64,000 nucleotides of DNA from an uncultured Azoarcus sp. (GTDB lineage Bacteria > Pseudomonadota > Gammaproteobacteria > Burkholderiales > Rhodocyclaceae). The translations under genes were made by a program, and so were the position numbers. The DNA is taken from NCBI GenBank assembly GCA_964435845.1, contig CAYTAY010000001.1, positions 153 through 64,152 of the forward strand. The letters run 5' to 3'. Below are positions 61,769-64,000 of the stretch, in pieces. The notes under the pieces are model-generated. The model did not search any database. It saw only the letters and a list, made by a program, of their open reading frames with translations, and was not told the origin of the DNA. Each line of letters starts with the position of its first letter. Position 1 is the first letter of the stretch.

Positions 61769-62566
61769 TCAATGATTGAGGATCTGCTGCAGAAACTGGC
61801 GCGTCCGCGCCTCACGCGGGTTACCGAAGAATTCCTTCGGTGTGCCCTGCTCCACGATCTCGCCCTGGTCCATGAAGATCACGCGGTCGGCGACGGTTTT
61901 TGCAAAGCCCATCTCGTGGGTCACGCAGAGCATGGTCATGCCGCTTTCGGCGAGTTCGATCATCACGTCCAGCACTTCCTTGATCATCTCCGGGTCGAGG
62001 GCCGAGGTCGGCTCGTCGAACAGCATGATCTTGGGGTTCATGCACAATGAGCGGGCGATCGCCACCCGTTGCTGCTGTCCGCCCGAGAGCTGACCGGGGT
62101 ACTTTCTGGCCTGATCAGGGATCTTGACCCGCTCGAGGTACTTCATCGCGATCTGCTCGGCTTCCTTGCGCGGCGTCTTGCGCACCCAGATCGGCGCAAG
62201 ACAGCAGTTCTCGAGCACTGTCAGATGCGGAAACAGATTGAAATGCTGGAACACCATGCCGACCTCGCGGCGAATGGTGTCGATATTGCGCAGATCGTCA
62301 GTCAGTTCGATGCCGTCGACGATGATCTGCCCACGCTGGTGTTCTTCGAGGCGGTTGATGCAGCGGATGAAGGTGGACTTGCCCGAACCCGAGGGTCCGC
62401 AGATCACGATGCGCTCACCCATGCTCACTTCGAGATTGAGGCCGCGCAGCACATGGAACTGGTCGTACCACTTGTGCATGTCGATGACCTGAATGATGGC
62501 TTCGCTCTTATCGGCCTTGGACGCCACCGGCGCGTGCGACTTGATCAATTCCGTTTCCTGATTCAT
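61769..62566 (-). CDS. aapP: Polar amino-acid ABC transporter ATP-binding protein (AapP/BztD/YhdZ)
   Basis: [36 protein letters not shown]. Start trimmed to MNQETE. Confidence 0.92.
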   Translation of the reverse strand: MNQETELIKSHAPVASKADKSEAIIQVIDMHKWYDQFHVLRGLNLEVSMGERIVICGPSGSGKSTFIRCINRLEEHQRGQIIVDGIELTDDLRNIDTIRREVGMVFQHFNLFPHLTVLENCCLAPIWVRKTPRKEAEQIAMKYLERVKIPDQARKYPGQLSGGQQQRVAIARSLCMNPKIMLFDEPTSALDPEMIKEVLDVMIELAESGMTMLCVTHEMGFAKTVADRVIFMDQGEIVEQGTPKEFFGNPREARTRQFLQQILNH

Positions 62567-62606
62567 TGCGGAAAGACTCCTTGCTATGATTCGCCGCCGG
62601 CGCGCG

Positions 62607-63713
62607 TCAACGCTTGTGGCCGGTGTGCAGTTTGCGTTCGAGCATCTGGCTGTAGCGCGACATGCCGTAGCAGAACACCCAGAAGGCAAAGGCCGCGAAA
62701 ATGTAGCCCTCGGTCGCGACGTTGCGCCAGGCCGGGTCGATGATGGTCGCCTGCACGGCACGCAGCAGATCGAAGAGACCGATCACCAGCACCAGCGTGG
62801 TGTCCTTGAACAGCGAGATGAGGGTATTCACGATGCCGGGAATGACGATTTTCAGCGCCTGCGGCAGTATGATGAGTCCCATGCCCTGCCAGTAGCCCAG
62901 ACCAAGCGCCTCGGCCGCCTCGTATTGCCCCTTCGGGATCGCCTGCAAGCCACCCCGGACCACTTCGGCCATGTAGGCGGACTGGAACAGTGTGATGCCA
63001 ATGAGCGCGCGCAGCAGTCGGTCGAAGGTGACGCCGTCCGGAAGAAACAGTGGCAGCATCACCGAAGCCATGAAGAGGATGGTGATCAGCGGCACGCCGC
63101 GCCAGAACTCGATGAACACCACGCACAATGCACGCACCAGCGGCATGTCCGAGCGCCGTCCCAACGCGAGCAGGATGCCGATCGGAATCGCGGCGACAAT
63201 CCCGACGTAGGCGAGGATCAGGGTCAGCGTCAACCCGCCCCACAGACTGGTGCCGACGATCGGCAGGCCGAAGGTTTCACTGCCGTAGATCATGACGAAG
63301 GACAGCACCGGAAAGACAGTGACGCCGAACACGCCGAGGATCATCTTGATCCGCGCCGAGACCGCGCTGAACAACTGCGGCACGATGATGATCCCGAAGA
63401 TCAGGTAGATGATGTTGACCCGCCAGTGCTCGCTCTCCGGGTAAAAGCCGTAAATGAAAAAGTCCAGCCGGGTGCCGATGAACACCCAGCAAGCGCCCTC
63501 GCTGGTGCAGTCGGCCGGGGAGTTGCCGATGAAGTCGGCCTTGAGAATCGCCCAGTCGACGAACGGAATAAGACTGGAGATGATGAAATAGCCGAGTGCC
63601 ACGGTCACCACACCGCTGTACCAGGAAGGGAACAGGCTCTTCCTGATCCAGCCGATGACTCCGACGCTGGTACTGGGCGCCGGCAGTACCGGATTGACCT
63701 TGCCGTCGGACAT
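62607..63713 (-). CDS. aapM: Amino-acid ABC transporter permease (AapM/BztC/YhdY)
   Basis: [43 protein letters not shown]. Confidence 0.92.
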   Translation of the reverse strand: MSDGKVNPVLPAPSTSVGVIGWIRKSLFPSWYSGVVTVALGYFIISSLIPFVDWAILKADFIGNSPADCTSEGACWVFIGTRLDFFIYGFYPESEHWRVNIIYLIFGIIIVPQLFSAVSARIKMILGVFGVTVFPVLSFVMIYGSETFGLPIVGTSLWGGLTLTLILAYVGIVAAIPIGILLALGRRSDMPLVRALCVVFIEFWRGVPLITILFMASVMLPLFLPDGVTFDRLLRALIGITLFQSAYMAEVVRGGLQAIPKGQYEAAEALGLGYWQGMGLIILPQALKIVIPGIVNTLISLFKDTTLVLVIGLFDLLRAVQATIIDPAWRNVATEGYIFAAFAFWVFCYGMSRYSQMLERKLHTGHKR

Positions 63714-63714
63714 C

Positions 63715-64000
63715 TCAGCGCTCCTTCAAGGCCGCAGCCTTGTTGTAGATGTTCATCAGGAACGAAATCGTCAGACTGATCGTCAGGTATACCAACATCG
63801 TGATCGCGACGATCTCGACCGCCTGTCCGGTCTGGTTCAGGGTGGTGCCCATGAATACCGAAACCAGGTCCGGATACCCAATGGCCACAGCCAGTGACGA
63901 GTTCTTGGTGAGGTTCAGGTACTGGCTGGTCAGAGGCGGAATGATCACACGCATGGCCTGGGGAATGATCACCAGACGAAGCGTGGTGCCGCGCCTGAGA
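63715..64000 (-). CDS. aapQ: Amino-acid ABC transporter permease (AapQ/BztB/YhdX), 5'-truncated by the window edge
   Basis: IIPQAMRVIIPPLTSQYLNLTKNSSLA, YPDL, LNQTGQA. The frame runs off the end of the window. Confidence 0.88.
   Translation of the reverse strand, partial: LRRGTTLRLVIIPQAMRVIIPPLTSQYLNLTKNSSLAVAIGYPDLVSVFMGTTLNQTGQAVEIVAITMLVYLTISLTISFLMNIYNKAAALKER

Overview
High-GC chromosomal segment, most likely from a betaproteobacterium of the Rhodocyclales (Azoarcus/Thauera-like). This is inferred from gene content and order, not from a search. Most of it is core genome: a 5'-truncated imuB, mfd, bioB, DAHP synthase-serB, yaaA, the full rpsB-tsf-pyrH-frr-uppS-cdsA-dxr-rseP-bamA-skp-lpxD-fabZ-lpxA-lpxB-rnhB cluster, map-glnD, tRNA-Leu(TAG), hpnCDE, tesA/ybbA, selD/mnmH, gabD, a Pat-type acetyltransferase, tex, hslO, minCDE and the 3' part of an aap-type amino-acid ABC operon. 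Accessory content lies at about 5.1-7.3 kb and 29-45 kb. The most notable observations are: (1) a stand-alone CsoSCA-type (carboxysome-like) carbonic anhydrase with no carboxysome genes, paired with a lone bioB; (2) a lipoprotein retropepsin / 7TM inactive transglutaminase / RimK-like ligase operon whose protease ends in an S6-like acidic tail; (3) an Hsp33 lacking all four zinc-switch cysteines; (4) a patatin-GntP operon behind a PhaR-like operator; (5) an AttE/F/H-like ABC-lipocalin system near squalene genes; (6) two decayed pseudogenes and a cloverleaf-like intergenic structure. I saw no CRISPR array, integrase, transposase or rRNA. All family assignments come from motif recognition by eye; no database searches were run.
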